Shown here one piece after another: positions 25,673-38,844 of a stretch of 64,000 bases of DNA (within the stretch, counting starts at the first letter, position 1; every line of letters starts with the position of its first letter). The stretch is from Podarcis tiliguerta (Eukaryota): the NCBI GenBank assembly GCA_965153285.1, contig OZ229111.1. One strand, given 5' to 3'. Made by a program: the position numbers and the translations under genes. Below the pieces are notes generated by a model that was not told where the DNA came from, did not search any database, and saw nothing but the letters and a program-made list of their open reading frames with translations.

Positions 25673-28600
25673 ACTTCCATAGACAGGGTTAGCTCAAATT
25701 ACCTAATGTTTAATTTAAAAACAACAACAACAACACAGCCTTTCTGTAATTTAAATAGTCCTCTAGTGATATAGTGTTTTTCTTCCTGAAAACCTTGTAA
25801 ATATATGTAAAATTAATCTCTGCCCCCACTTGCAGTCTTTTTCCTCTAAGCAAATATTAAGTGTTCTGTTTTTCCTTTGTCCATGTCTTTCTTGAATTGT
25901 GATTCCAGAGTGTGTTCATATGCCCTGAAGTGAGCTGTAAATGAATTGATTTCTCCTCTCTGATCTTGAAGTGGTGTATTTTCCAGGGAAGGAAGGTGAA
26001 AGTGTTGTTGAGACCCAGTGTCAAACATACTTCTCCACAAAATGGATGATGCAAAGCAGCAAAACTTTTACAAGAACTAAGCTGTTCGTAATCCTTTATC
26101 TATATATCCAACAGTATGTGAAGTCAGACCTGGTTAGGCCCATGAACTTTACATTCTCTATATTGTTGATGAGGTAGGCTTGAATGTTGAGGTCATTGAG
26201 CTAAAATCGTCATCTGAGATGATGCAGATTTAAGCATTTATTTTATTAAAGAAATTGAACAAAAATATCCAGTCCTCTCTGAGAGCAAGTGGGGATTCAC
26301 ATGATTGAATTTTCCTTTGTTCATGAAAAGAATATCCCTTCACCTAGAAAACTAGCATGTCAGGAAGAAGGCCTCTGGTCTGGTCTTCTCTCTGGCATGC
26401 TCATTTTCTGTGTGTAGGGGAGCATCCCACCATGTGAGCCTCCAAATGCTCTGTGAACTGGTACAAGTGAGACACATGTTTACCACTTCAGTGAGAGCTA
26501 GGTCACTGCTATGTGGCAGGCCGAGCAGGAAGAGTAATTCAATTAATATCAAATTAGTTTTAGCCATCAGGAAGTGATCTGTGGGTTGTAATTCCATTAG
26601 GCCTAACATGCTTAAATTGGACTTTCCTCTCACAATTTTTTTCAAGCTATGCAGTCTCAGCAGCTGGAGAAGACAACACAAAACCCATTAGCAAAATACA
26701 GCATGACCATTAAAGCATCAGATGTTTTCTGGAACGATATAAGATTCATCAGTAGAAATAGTCAAAATTCAACACAAAACATTGGGTTAGCTCAACCATC
26801 CATTTCTTTGAGGTCTTTGCAATTGCCTGTGTTTGGATTGGCACTTTGGTATTGTTATCATACATGTATGTGGCAGTAGACATGCCACATACAGTCTTTT
26901 ACAGGACCACTTTGTTTTTGCTGATTTCCCTATAACAAACACAAGTCCTGAACACTCTCCTAGAGATTGTCACCTGAAGCCCCTTTCTCCATGGCATGTG
27001 TAGCCTCCTTTCCAGGTGAGCAGTCTCCCCGTCTGACGGCAGAGTCCTCAGGACAGTTATGGCACAATTGTGTGCCCCACAGGTTGAATGAAGCAGGAGG
27101 CCTGTCTCTTGAAACAGTTCAGTTCAAAGTGCTCTGGCTGCTCTCCCTGGTATTGGTAAGAGACTTGCATATGTCTTCAAATGAGTGGTGTTTTGGCAGC
27201 ACCCTGACTGTGTGTTAATTCCTTTCTCGGCAAGGGAACGGCCTTCCTCACTTTATGAGTAGGAAAGCTAATAGTGCTCCAAAGCAATTCGGTCCCCTGC
27301 TTCTCTACACCCAAGTGCTGCATTGCTGAGCAGTCTGGATCATTCTGCCCTTGACAAACCACTCACAAAGGCCCTTTCTGAATGTTGACTTAGTCTTCCT
27401 TGGAGGAAAGGGGTGCCAGACAGCAGTAGTCCCCACTGGCAGCTTTGCACAGCCATAAAGTTAAGTGTACAGTAGAAACAAATGCATGTTCCTTGGAAAT
27501 GCACTGGCTGCATCCCAGGAAGCAGGCTCCCTTCTTCTTACAAGGACGGAAAGTGCTGCTTTGTATCTGTAACTAATCCCTGTATTCTGAGGTGGTCCAA
27601 CAGTGACCCACAGAGCAGACTGGGCAACCAGCAGCCCCAGGTCCACATAGGACAAGGAGGGAGGAAAATGGGGGAAGAGGGAGATGTGGATAAAGAGAAA
27701 GCGAGACAAGGGAGTAGCAGTTAGAGAGACAAGAGTGTGGACCACTCCAAAAGGAAATGATGTGACTTTAATTCTGCTATTTGGTATGTTGAGGGTAGGA
27801 AGGGCCCAGTGTGTTTCTCTGTACAGTGCTAGCACAGTTCATGCTTTCAGATTATCACAATAGCTCCAAGAGTTTATACTGGATTACCAGGAAATGCTGC
27901 CCATTCTGCTTCTGGCTGCCATGGGCTTAGCATTGAACCGTACACATTCACTAAAAATGGAGGGCAGGAGAAAGGCAGGGCCAGGACTTTTGCTGCATAT
28001 CTGAAATCTGGGCATTGAGTGGGACACCAGAAAAGGGCATTGTACAATTGTATGCAAATAGACAATTGGGATGACAAGGACCCCTGCATGGTCGAGGTGT
28101 CCTCACATAAAGTGCATTTCCATGTACATGCATAGCTGTACCTTTGCAGAATCCCACTCAGTGTGCAAGTGTCAGAGGTATAGCAACATCAGGGGCAGGG
28201 CTAGGAGAACACAGCACCATCTCCCTTTATGTGTATACATGGAGGCACATGTGAGGAGGGCAATTGTGCCTTCTGATTTTAATCTTTTGGGATTCCACTT
28301 TATGTTCTCACATTTCACACTTATGACGTTGGTAGCTGTTGTAATAGTTCTGTGTAGGGCTGCATAATACTTCCCATAAATTTCATCTCTCCAGTTCTTT
28401 GTACTATTAGCCTGCTTGTCTTGTTGTGACTGCTTCATTTGCTGATTGTGGGAGCTACAAGTAATGAGACATATCTTCTAATGCTTTGTGATGAACAAAG
28501 GTTGGCTTTCAGTTAGGGAACATGAAAAAATGAGCTTTTTAACAAGTAATTTTTATTAAATTCTTATTGTAATAATACAAATCTATAAAAACAAGAAGAC

Positions 28601-30549
28601 AAACAAAGAACAAAAAAAGCTAATAAAAAGAAATTAATCTTTGTGAGTGTGTGTGTTTATGTAAAAATCTGGCAGAAACATAACTCCTATTGCAAATGAT
28701 ATGTTCCATCATTAACATATCATTCCGTGTACCATCATGAAATCTGAGGGTTTAAATAGTCTGTAAGACTTCTTAATCCAACTATTGTGTTCACCTGTTA
28801 AGGCAGTTCTTACCATATTTAATCTTCTTTGAATGGAAAGAGTAGGAGGAAGTAATTAAAAGTTGTGAATGGTCATTTTGATAAAAGATTATATTATTAA
28901 GCTGCAATTCTACATGTATTTGGTAAGTCAAAATGGCTGCAAGAATGTAGCAGAAACCCCAACTAATTAGTGAGAAATAATACATCACAGCTGATCCAGT
29001 GTAAGTAAGGTGTCATAGTCATTACTTTAAATTCATAATTAGTAGTCAGTGCAGATAAGAGCTCTCTTGAATCATTACAGCAGCTGGACTCTCAACATGA
29101 TCAGGTTTTTATGGGAACAAGATGATAACAAATGTGGTGAGGGGGGTTATTCTTTCGTTTTTTTTTTTTTTTAAAAAAGTGTGTTTTTATGCTGTAAAGC
29201 ATCCTGTGATCGTATGATGAAGGGTGGTGTATGAATTAAATAAATAAATAAAAATCCTTTTTCAGACTGAGGGTTGGTTTTTTTAAATGGTGGAATTCAT
29301 AAGTATAACTTTAAATGCCTGAGAATTCGTTTTTAATTATTTTGCTCCTTCAGGACAGCCGCTTTCTCTCCTCTCACATGTGCTTGTTTATAAACAGACA
29401 ACCTGGCATCAGCATGAAAATAAATATGCATAATTTGGTATTTACTGGTTGTCCTAATCATCTCCCTCATAACAGAGATAGTGGGACGAATGCAACATGG
29501 TGATAAGGAGATCATTCCATCAGTGCAAGCATTTCTGCTTTTCTGGTAGAACAATCTCCCCTCCACCCCCTGTTATGGGGGTTCTTCTGACACCCCCCCC
29601 AGCCAATTTGGGGGTGCATGCTGGGAAGAGAACCAGCCTTTGCTCAGGCTTCCACTAGTAGGATCTGTTTGTTGAACCTGACCCAACAAATGGCTGAAAG
29701 AGGTGCTTAAAATGTATGGAGGTTCTGTTTCCTAGTCAAGACAATTCATGGTGACATTTCCTCCCCCCGCCTGCGCCCATTCTTGTTCTTCCAGGCTGCA
29801 GCATATAGCAAATGCAGTATGTCAGTCAATCTAGTTGCTAAACAGCTGCCTCTTGCTCTTGAGTTGAATATCAATCAAATGAAGAATGCAATTTCTGCTG
29901 TTCAAGACCTATTTAATTTGCCAGGATGCTGTTGCTTTTTGGAGACATTTGCCCTCTGATTGTGTGCAACTTGTACACCAAGGTGGCTGGAAAATTTGGT
30001 GCTCATTAAGCTGTGCTGTGTGTCTGTACAAAAGCCGTTGGCTTCTGAGGGACCAGCCTCTGGAATTAAGCAGTCCCCATTGAATGAAGCCTCATCAACC
30101 TAGAAAATAACTCATACGATGTTAAGTCAGGTGGACCTGTCAAGATGTCCTACACTTTGAGACCACCAACTGTGGTCAAGAGGGAGTTCCGGATGTCTTT
30201 ATAAAGCAGCCTGACCCTAAGACCCTGTTTCTTAGGAGGCACCATACGGGCCCATTCTCTGACTTCCTGCCTTTTCCTCTCCCATTGCCATTGGGTCTGT
30301 ACCATCCATTGCTGTGCTAGGCCACCAGTGAGCAATGGGAGCAGCTTTTGATGGCCTCAGGGCAGGAGGTCTGACAACAATATTAATGAAGCAATATTGC
30401 TCTAAAGACTAGAGAGTGTGTCCTTTACTCCTAAAGATGCCAGTTCTCATGAACACAAACATGTCACACAGGGATTGCTGAGAGCAACGAGGTGTGCTGT
30501 CACTCCAAGACAAGGCCCTCATAAAGCATGTCTTTCTGTCTCTTTCCAG

Positions 30550-30692
30550 TGCTGAGCGGGCAACAGCTGTGCTGCTGGCAGATCCCTGTTTCCAGCTCCG
30601 TTCTATTCAGTACTTGTTGGGGAACACGGAGCCTCTAGTCCTGGGGATGGCATCAGCTTCTGCTGACAAGAAACATTTCTCCCTGCAGAGCT
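30550..30692 (+). CDS. RNF123: RNF123 coding exon
   Basis: tctttccag|...|gtaagt; [24 protein letters not shown]...KKHFSLQS. Confidence 0.95.
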
Positions 30693-31991
30693 GTAAGTAT
30701 CTCCTCTGATTTGCTGTGCTTAACATAAGCCATGAGTCGCTTGTTCCTGCATGGCTCCTTGTTGCTTGCCACTTTGCCATTTGGGTAACTCCTCGGTGCC
30801 TTTTGTAGAAAGGGTGATCACTGAGATCTCCGCTACAGAGCTTGTAAACAGCTGTCTTGTGTCTCCTCCCTCCTTGCCTGTCCCTGCTCTTCACAGATGC
30901 TTTGTGTATTTGAGGCCACCAAATATATTTGCCCTGTGGCAACAACATGGGAATAACTCCCTGTTTTCCTCTTGCTGTGCCTCTGCTCTCCAACAGCAAC
31001 AGCAACAACTTTTCCATCCTGTTTCCACAGGCATATGGTTGACTACTCTGAGAATAGGATGATGAACTACATGAGCCCATGGGCCTGATCCAGCAGGGCC
31101 CATCTTACGTTTCCTAAGAAGGATCAGCTAGGAATTCAGACAAAAGAATAGGTTTAAAAGGGGGGGTGTATATACATATATGTAAACTAGCCTCTCTTCT
31201 AAGAAATATTCAAAGCTGCTTTTCCATAAAGCCATATGGAAAAATAAAGCCACACCTTAAAATGCATCTGCTGTAAAATAATAACACAATAAAACAAGAT
31301 AAGACACAACACAACACAATAAAACAAGATAAGTCACAAATTGGGTGGTGTGAGCTGACTGTAGCTCGGTGCATAGAGCAGGTGCAGGGTATCCTTGAGG
31401 GGTTTAGCAGAGCAATGTGGACTTGTGGGATGCCCAGTGGTAGGGCACAGGATTTGCATGCAAGGAGGTTCCGGCTTCAGCCTTCTTACATTTCCAGGTA
31501 AAAGGATCAGGTAAAAAGGGATGTGAAATAGTTTTGCCCAAGACCCCCTAGAGCTGCTGCCAGTTAGAACAGTAAACTATACAAGGCTGGATTGACTCAA
31601 GGGCCTGCCTCAATAGAAGGCAGATTCCTGCATCAGCAATGCCAGCAACAGAGGCAGCTTATTCTTCAGCTGCTCAGGCCTACTGTCCTGTGGCACAGCA
31701 GAGCAGCACATGGCACTGCTTACGGTTCCCCGGAGGGACCAGTCATGGCTGTGTAGAGTACCCACACTGTGCATCCGCCCCACTGTGTGTGTTTTCAGAG
31801 AAGAAGAAGTTTGCATCTTTTCTTACTTTATTTTCACTTAACTTTGCCCCACAGCCCATTTTAAGGATCCATTCCTATTCGCTGGGTAGGATGGCAGCAA
31901 AAAAAATTTCTATAGCGAAAAGATACGTACTGTTATGTATGCATTTGCATACCAAACTGCCACATGCCATCTCTTAAAAGAGATGTGTGTC

Positions 31992-31995
<4 letters not shown>

Positions 31996-32031
<36 letters not shown>
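31996..32031. repeat. (GA)n microsatellite
   Basis: Direct reading. Confidence 0.95.
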
Positions 32032-32033
<2 letters not shown>

Positions 32034-35000
32034 CAAGCTCCTGTCCTTGGCTCTGCCCATGCCCTTGAAGTTTGCTGAGATAGAGGAAAGCAATTGGAGC
32101 GCTGAGATGGAGGAAACCGTGATCCCTAAGGAATAGGGCAGGCTTTATTTACACAACCTCTAGAAACTGTTAGTTCCATGGAGATCTTGAACTGATGACG
32201 AAATAAGGCATTATGTGATTGGGGTAGTGGTGCAGAGCTGCTGAAGTGATTGAGAACTGTGGAAGATTACTGCAGCAGGCAGCAAATCTTTCTCTTTCTT
32301 TTAACCTCTGCTGAATTGTGGCCATTGTGATTTATCTCACTCTCTCTATGAAAGGCTGGCTGAAGGCCTCCTTGCCTCAGGCTTGCGCGGCGGGGGGGAG
32401 GCATTTCCAGTTTTTGTTCTCCAACTGTGAATGCATGCAGACCAGGGCCAGCCCTACCATTAGGCAGAGTGAGGCAGATACTGTGGGACAGGGAGCAACA
32501 GCAAAGTGCTAAAGGGGAGAGCCGTTGTGTGCAGGGCCCGCTCAAGATAATTTGCTGCCTGAGTCAAAGGACTAGATGATAGCCTCTCCCCTCCTTCACC
32601 ATTCCATGCACAGAAGTTGACTGGACTGAAAGCTGCATCAGCACTTGTGATGGGGTAGCATATTTCAGCACCTGAAGGCAGCAAGCTAACTTAGGAAGGT
32701 GCAAGACAGGCCACATGGCACACACAGCTCTGTCCTCCCAAGGTGGGGAGCTGCCAAAAGGACACTGGAGGACTGGCCAGGGGATGTTGCTTCTCCAGCA
32801 TCTGCTGCCTAAGGCGGCTGTTGCGCTCTGCCTAATAGTAGGACTGGCCCTGTGTGATTGCGTGCAATCTGCCCTACGCCCACTGTGCTAGGCTGCTGTC
32901 CTTGGGTGCAGTGGAGGACCCCATTGTTACTGTTGAACTAAGATTCAGTTGCCAGTCTGGTTGGATTTTATACATGGCATGGGAAGGAGGGTGTCATCTT
33001 GTTCTTCAGATCTCAGACAACAAAACGTCTTAGTCCAGCCTTGATAAAAAGCAATACACTTCCAGGTTTTTACAGAACTGAGGCATCTTAGAGAGGCCAT
33101 TTAGCCAATATGATAAACCACATCTTAGCTCAAGTATGATCTCTGGTTTCTTCCCTTGTGAATCTCTGCTGAGCCCAGGAAAGCTACATCCAAGAGAAAT
33201 GGAAGGGGGTAATGACAGTTACTCTACCATGTCCAAATATGCTCACTGTTGAGTGCTTGGAAAAAATTTGAAGCAGTACTATGGCAGGTTGATGATGATC
33301 CTCTGCTGGAAAAAAAAAGGAAGTAATATTAGAAAGTGCTCTGGGTTTACTGTTAACTGGGAATCCTAAAGCTTGGGGGATGCCTCACATGGAACAAGGC
33401 TGTGCCTTGGGGTGGTTGCTGCTGTATTCGAGTCTACAGGGATTATAACCACTGTCCTTTCCTTCCCGCTAATGTCATTATTAAGTGGGACTTCCCTGCC
33501 TGCCTACTGCAGGTTCCCTTTTCCTGCTGATAGTGTGAAAACGTGTGCTAGAGGGAAGGCAGTAGCCTGCAGAGGACACCACAGGCAGATTCTCTTTTGT
33601 TTTCCGCAATGCACTGTGCATTATATCTTAAAGAGGCACTGTTAATTGTTTCCCAGAATGGAGCATGCTGAGTCCCCTGCCCCTCCCCCGTCAGTCTAGC
33701 ATTACCTACTGGTGCACCCTCTTGCCTCGCTCTGAATTCCCTTACCCTACAGCAAAGTGCTTGTGTTCCCATCCTATTTCTGGGCTGTGGAGGGAATGTT
33801 CCCGCCCCACCCATCAGAGAGTGTTTGTCTAAAAGCCTGATTCCAAAAATGCATGTACTTGTGTATCTGCCAGCAGCAGCACCTATGCTGACACTGAGCT
33901 GGCCCAGCGGCTGATATTCTCTGCCATAGGCAGTCTTTGCAAATATTAGATCCGCTTCTGAAGGTTGCTTCATAGACTCGGGTGTATGGGCATGGCCGGA
34001 GTTGCCCTGTGCCTTCTCTGCCAACCATTTTTTCCTGCTTTACCCAGTAAGGAAACCTATGCTAGTTCTTGCAGGCGCTTTGCTGTGTCAAATCCCAGAG
34101 GCCTAAGCAATCCAAAGAGGCAGAGGCAGAGGTCAGAGGCAGTAATGCTTCTGAATACCAGTTGCTGGAAACTGCAGGAGGGGGAGGTGCTCTTGTGTTC
34201 AGATTCTGTTTGTGGATTTCTCACACCTTGTTGTTCACTGTGAGAACAGGATGCTGGAGTACATGGGCCATCGGCCTGATCCAGCAGAGCTCTTCTTACG
34301 TTCTTATGAAGACTCCCCCAGAACAACCACGTGAAATGTGAGGGGTGGAGAGAGAAGCGGGGGAGGGTTATGCAGGAGTATGCATCCTTCAGAAGATCTT
34401 TCTCACCTATTGCAGCTGGAGCCCTTAATGGCACTGTCAATAATGTTGCTTAACCTTTGTAGGATCACACCTATGTTCCCCCTCATGAGTTGCTCAGATA
34501 GGAAGCTTTGATTGCTTTGTGACAACCGAAGAGTTTTCTCCCCTTTCGTGGATACCTTGCCACTCCGGATGCAATATTTAACATCCATTTCCTTGGCATC
34601 GTCTGGAGGACTTGGTCATCTTTGATCATGTGATCTATGGGGCTCTCAAAGCTTGCATATTTTAAAACATAGACCAGTATTTCTCTTCAGCACTCTAAAT
34701 CTCTGGGTTGTCTAATTGTAGCAAGAGTTGTGGCCAAAATATGCCCAGGGAAGCTATACCTGCATAATGCTTTCCATGTATGCTGTCATGTGGTGGCTTT
34801 TGAGAACTCTACCCTTGTCCCTGCCCCATAGATCACTACTGCGCAAAGCCGTTTTCCTCTGTCCTGTGATAACACTGACAACAAGGTGCCTCACCTCTTT
34901 GCGCCTCACTTGGTTAACAGATCAGCTCACGCTGGGCTCTGCCACCATGTGGCCAAACACCTCCACCGCAGCTTCATTTCAATCCCTCCCAACCAGTCAT

Positions 35001-35133
35001 TGGTGGGATGGGGCTGAAAAAAGAAATCTGGGGCAAGGCCCCCTGCTCTGCATAGTAATAGTAGAACCTGTGCCCCACCCCCTCTGCTGCCACTTGTCCT
35101 TCCTTTATCATTAATCTCTCTTTTTTTCTGCAG

Positions 35134-35228
35134 ACACTGATTACATCAGCCAGGAAGAGCTAGCCAAGGTGGAGCAAATGCTGGGCCACCTCAGCGAAGA
35201 GTCCAAGCAGGCTGCAGCCTCCACCTTG
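35134..35228 (+). CDS. RNF123: RNF123 coding exon
   Basis: ttttctgcag|...|gtaagc; (Y)TDYISQEELAKVEQMLGHLSEESKQAAASTL. Confidence 0.95.
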
Positions 35229-37990
35229 GTAAGCTTCCACCTAATGAACTGAATGTGTGTGGCCACTTGCCCAAGGCACCCTCCATAGCACCACCCCTCG
35301 CAGGACCTCAACCGAGGCAAAAAATCAAGCACTGGCCCTTGCTGCATTGCCTGAGGGAAGCGAAGGCGCAGCATTCACAGGGTCCTGCAGATACAAGGGC
35401 CACTACTGACGTTGCTTGCTTGGGTACCTGGCTTGGCTTGGACATGTTAAGACTATATGGGGTAAGTGTCCATGGCAAAGGTTGATGCTGACCTCTAATG
35501 CTGTAGGGCAGCAATAGCCAATGTGGTGCCCTCCAGCTGCTGCTGGACTCCAGCTCCCATTATTGCTGACCATTGGGAGTCCAACAATATATTGGCATCA
35601 CCCTCATAACCACCCCTGCTTTAGGCCTAGTTGTGAGCCATCTGTAAGGACAGTGTGTTTTCCTGTGGAAGCAGGATCTGAGAGTGGGCACAGGTAAATG
35701 CGTAGCATACATATGCACAGGTGCTAATGCACACTTACTAAGCTAATAATATCCTCAACTTCATTAAGCAGGGGTGGTTATTCTTTTTTTTGGCTGAGGG
35801 TCACATTCATCCTTGGCCCATGCTCTGAGGTTTATATGCCAGTTGTGGGGGTGCCCACCCTAACCGCTTTCATGCACACATACATGACACACTCAAGAGC
35901 CGCACAGCCCCCCCTTCTCAGCTGATCCATGCTGATCAACCGAGGAAATTGGGTTATTATCCCCTTGTTGCTCATCAAATGATCTGCCTGATGACTAGGA
36001 AGGGGGAACATCAAAGGTTCTGAAGCCCACCTACCTCATACCGCGTGTATTTCACTATTTCCCTCCTTTTTCTGGCACTGCCAAAATTGGTGGTGGGGAG
36101 TCAGACAAAAACTGACTGAGGGGTCAGATCAGCCCCATAAACCAGGGTTTAGCCAGCCCAGCAGCAGTACAACATAGAATGAATATGAGAGTCAAAATTC
36201 CTGTGCTATGTGCTCACTTTACAAGGTCACCAAGTACAGCACTTACTTATGACCACTGAAATATGCTTCTTCTGTGTGTTCTTCACCATCTGTAATCTGC
36301 AAACACCCAGCAGCCAAGCAGATATCCCAGTGGGAAGGAGTTCCACTGTCTTCAGGGAAGTGAGGCCTGAGAGCTCCATTCTCCCTCCCCTCCCTCACCC
36401 AACCCAAATCATTGCCCAAACAATTCCAATTTCCTTTGAAATTCTGAACCTTGGAAGCAGAATAAGCTGTTCAAGATGAATTTGCGAAATTGAAGGCACA
36501 GAACTGGGTTTCTTTGTTGAAAAAAAATTGGACTGGATGGGCACGGAGGGAGTAGGAGCTTAAGCAGCACAGAAGCTACCCAGATGGACTCTGGCTGCTG
36601 AAGCAGCCCCCGCGTGTGTTGCTCTGTCTGGGTGACCTCCAGAGAGAAGCTGTGATCCAGGAAGCAACCTGATCTCTGCCAGGGGTAGGATCTGAATTAT
36701 TAATGTGGCTGCTCATCTTCCAGCTGCAGTTTGGAGCTGCATGAAGGCTGCTGCAGGAGGACGGGGTGGGGGTGGGAGAGAGAGCTGATGGGATGGGAAC
36801 ACACTGTCCCTGGGTTCAGTAGGAGCTCATGCTCTTAGCCTAGGCCAACCTCGGGGCAGGAAACAAACCTTCATTAAGAACCTCAAGCTAAGCTGAACTC
36901 TGTGCATTCTTTGCACAGGGAGACAAGTGCAGAGAAGTTGACTAGCCCCGTATATTCTTGACTACTGCTTCCGCTGCTGAGATTATTAGCTCTCCCAAAA
37001 TTATATTGAAAGATAGCAGGATATGTATAGGTGCACTTAACGGTGGTCTTTACAGGCAGAGCTCCTGGTCCCTGCTCCAAGGGGGAGATTCATAAGAGAT
37101 ACATTTATATAGTTATCTTTTCAAAACTTTTTTTAAATCTCACTTTCTCCCCCTAGTGGCAGTAGTCTGCTCATTGGGATTCCCTCTCCTCTTGGACAGA
37201 CAAGGCCCTCCCTTCCATTATGACATCATCCGGGAGAAGGAGTCCTCATAATACCCAAAGGAGTGCAGTCCCCAGTGAAAGACGTTACATTTCAAAGAAG
37301 AGGAAATAAAATTAATAGCTTACTTTTTAAAAACACCCTTCCCCTGATTACAGATCATAGTTGGCAAGGAAACATGGGCTTCATTCCACAAGCCAGGGCT
37401 TTTCACATCCCAGTGACAGTGGGAGAGAGGTTCATTCGCTAATGTTCCTATAACATTTTGCACCAAGAGCAAGACAGACCTATCACACTCCCCCTCTAGA
37501 CATCCAGGGCCTAATCAGGCCATGAGGAGGAGCAATCAAAGTGAGGACACTGCCCTGTGAAGAACAGGACACAGGAGAGTAGAATTCCTGTTTTCTCCTC
37601 TTTACTTGGCCATGGAGGTAGAGGTAGCCCTCCAGTTCATTTAGCTCTCCTGAGAGAGTAGAGCCCTCATAGCTGATAGTGGAATCTTCCTGGAACCATT
37701 TCCCCTCCTACCTCACTGGCAACAATCTTAAGAGAGTTGCCGCATGGAGCAAAGCAACATAAGTGGTTCTGATCTAAGATTTGCAGCATGTATCTTAAGT
37801 AAGCCCTGGCATGAAGTGTACGAAGTCAACCAGCCATTTCAGTTTCAAGCGTCTAGTGCAAAACCTTCATGTTATTAACTGTTAATGAGCTGCTGTTCTT
37901 CTACCGTGAGACGCCTTGCATTGCACCATGATGTGGGCTGGGTGTTGGCAACTGCCAATAAGCTGAGTGGATGTGTTGCTTCTTTTGCAG

Positions 37991-38076
37991 CCCACCAGTG
38001 AGGAGGACCTGTGCCCCATCTGCTACGCGCATCCCATATCTGCCGTATTCAAGCCATGCTCCCACAAGTCCTGCAA
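37991..38076 (+). CDS. RNF123: RNF123 coding exon, first half of RING finger
   Basis: ttttgcag|...|gtgagt; [28 protein letters not shown](K). Confidence 0.96.
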
Positions 38077-38744
38077 GTGAGTAATCCCTTGGGGGATGTG
38101 GGCTTTTCTCTACTTTTGCTTTCTGGTTGGTTGGAAGGGTTCCTAGAAGGTGCCCCAGACCATAACTGGAGAATTAATTAACGAATTTTGCCATTTGAAC
38201 TCTCTGAAGCTTCCTAGCTGAAATCTCCTTTTCACTTGTTGCCCTAATGGAAAGACACAGCAGCATGATGCTTCTGAATAGCTACTTAGGCCAGCTCGCC
38301 CATACGCAAGGCTGTGACTGCACTGCGCATGCAGATTAGATTCAACTGATTTGGTTTTTTTAAAAGCTAGCATTTTAACCTTTTGGGCTGCGAAGTTTGG
38401 TTGATAAAGTGTGCCATTTGTAATTAAATCTTAGAAGCCATGGGGAAGGCTGATCAGGATTCAAACTGGTTGGTGGCAGGGGAAGACTTCAGTGTCTCCC
38501 ATTCCTCTAAGTCATTACCATGACTTAGCACATGCCCCCGAAACAAATTTGTGTAATTTGTTTTATAGAGAAGTTGTAGAATTTGATTTTAAGAGGAAAG
38601 TGGGCATTATCTTGCATGCAGAGGACACTTGCACTCATTTATACCCAGCAAGGGGCTTTTAGGTACTAGATACATATTGTTGGGCCAAAGCTCGGCCTGT
38701 AGCTGTGAACAAATGTCCAAGGCCTCCTGCTCTTGTCTTTCTAG

Positions 38745-38844
38745 AGCCTGCATCAACCAGCACCTGATGAACAACAAGGACTGCTTCTTCTGCAAAGCCA
38801 CCATCACGGGTGTGGATGATTACATGAAGCCAGCCACCTCCTAG
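38745..38844 (+). CDS. RNF123: RNF123 last coding exon, second half of RING finger
   Basis: ctttctag|; [32 protein letters not shown] then TAG. Confidence 0.96.

Noticed and set aside
31283-31332. Tandem duplication acacaataaaacaagataag
   Set aside because: Ordinary slippage in an A-rich retroelement tail
34380-35030. Unique-looking intronic stretch with acceptor-like cccatag and 60-128-aa ORFs
   Set aside because: Hits a stop within ~12 codons in the RNF123 frame; no recognisable protein or convincing donor
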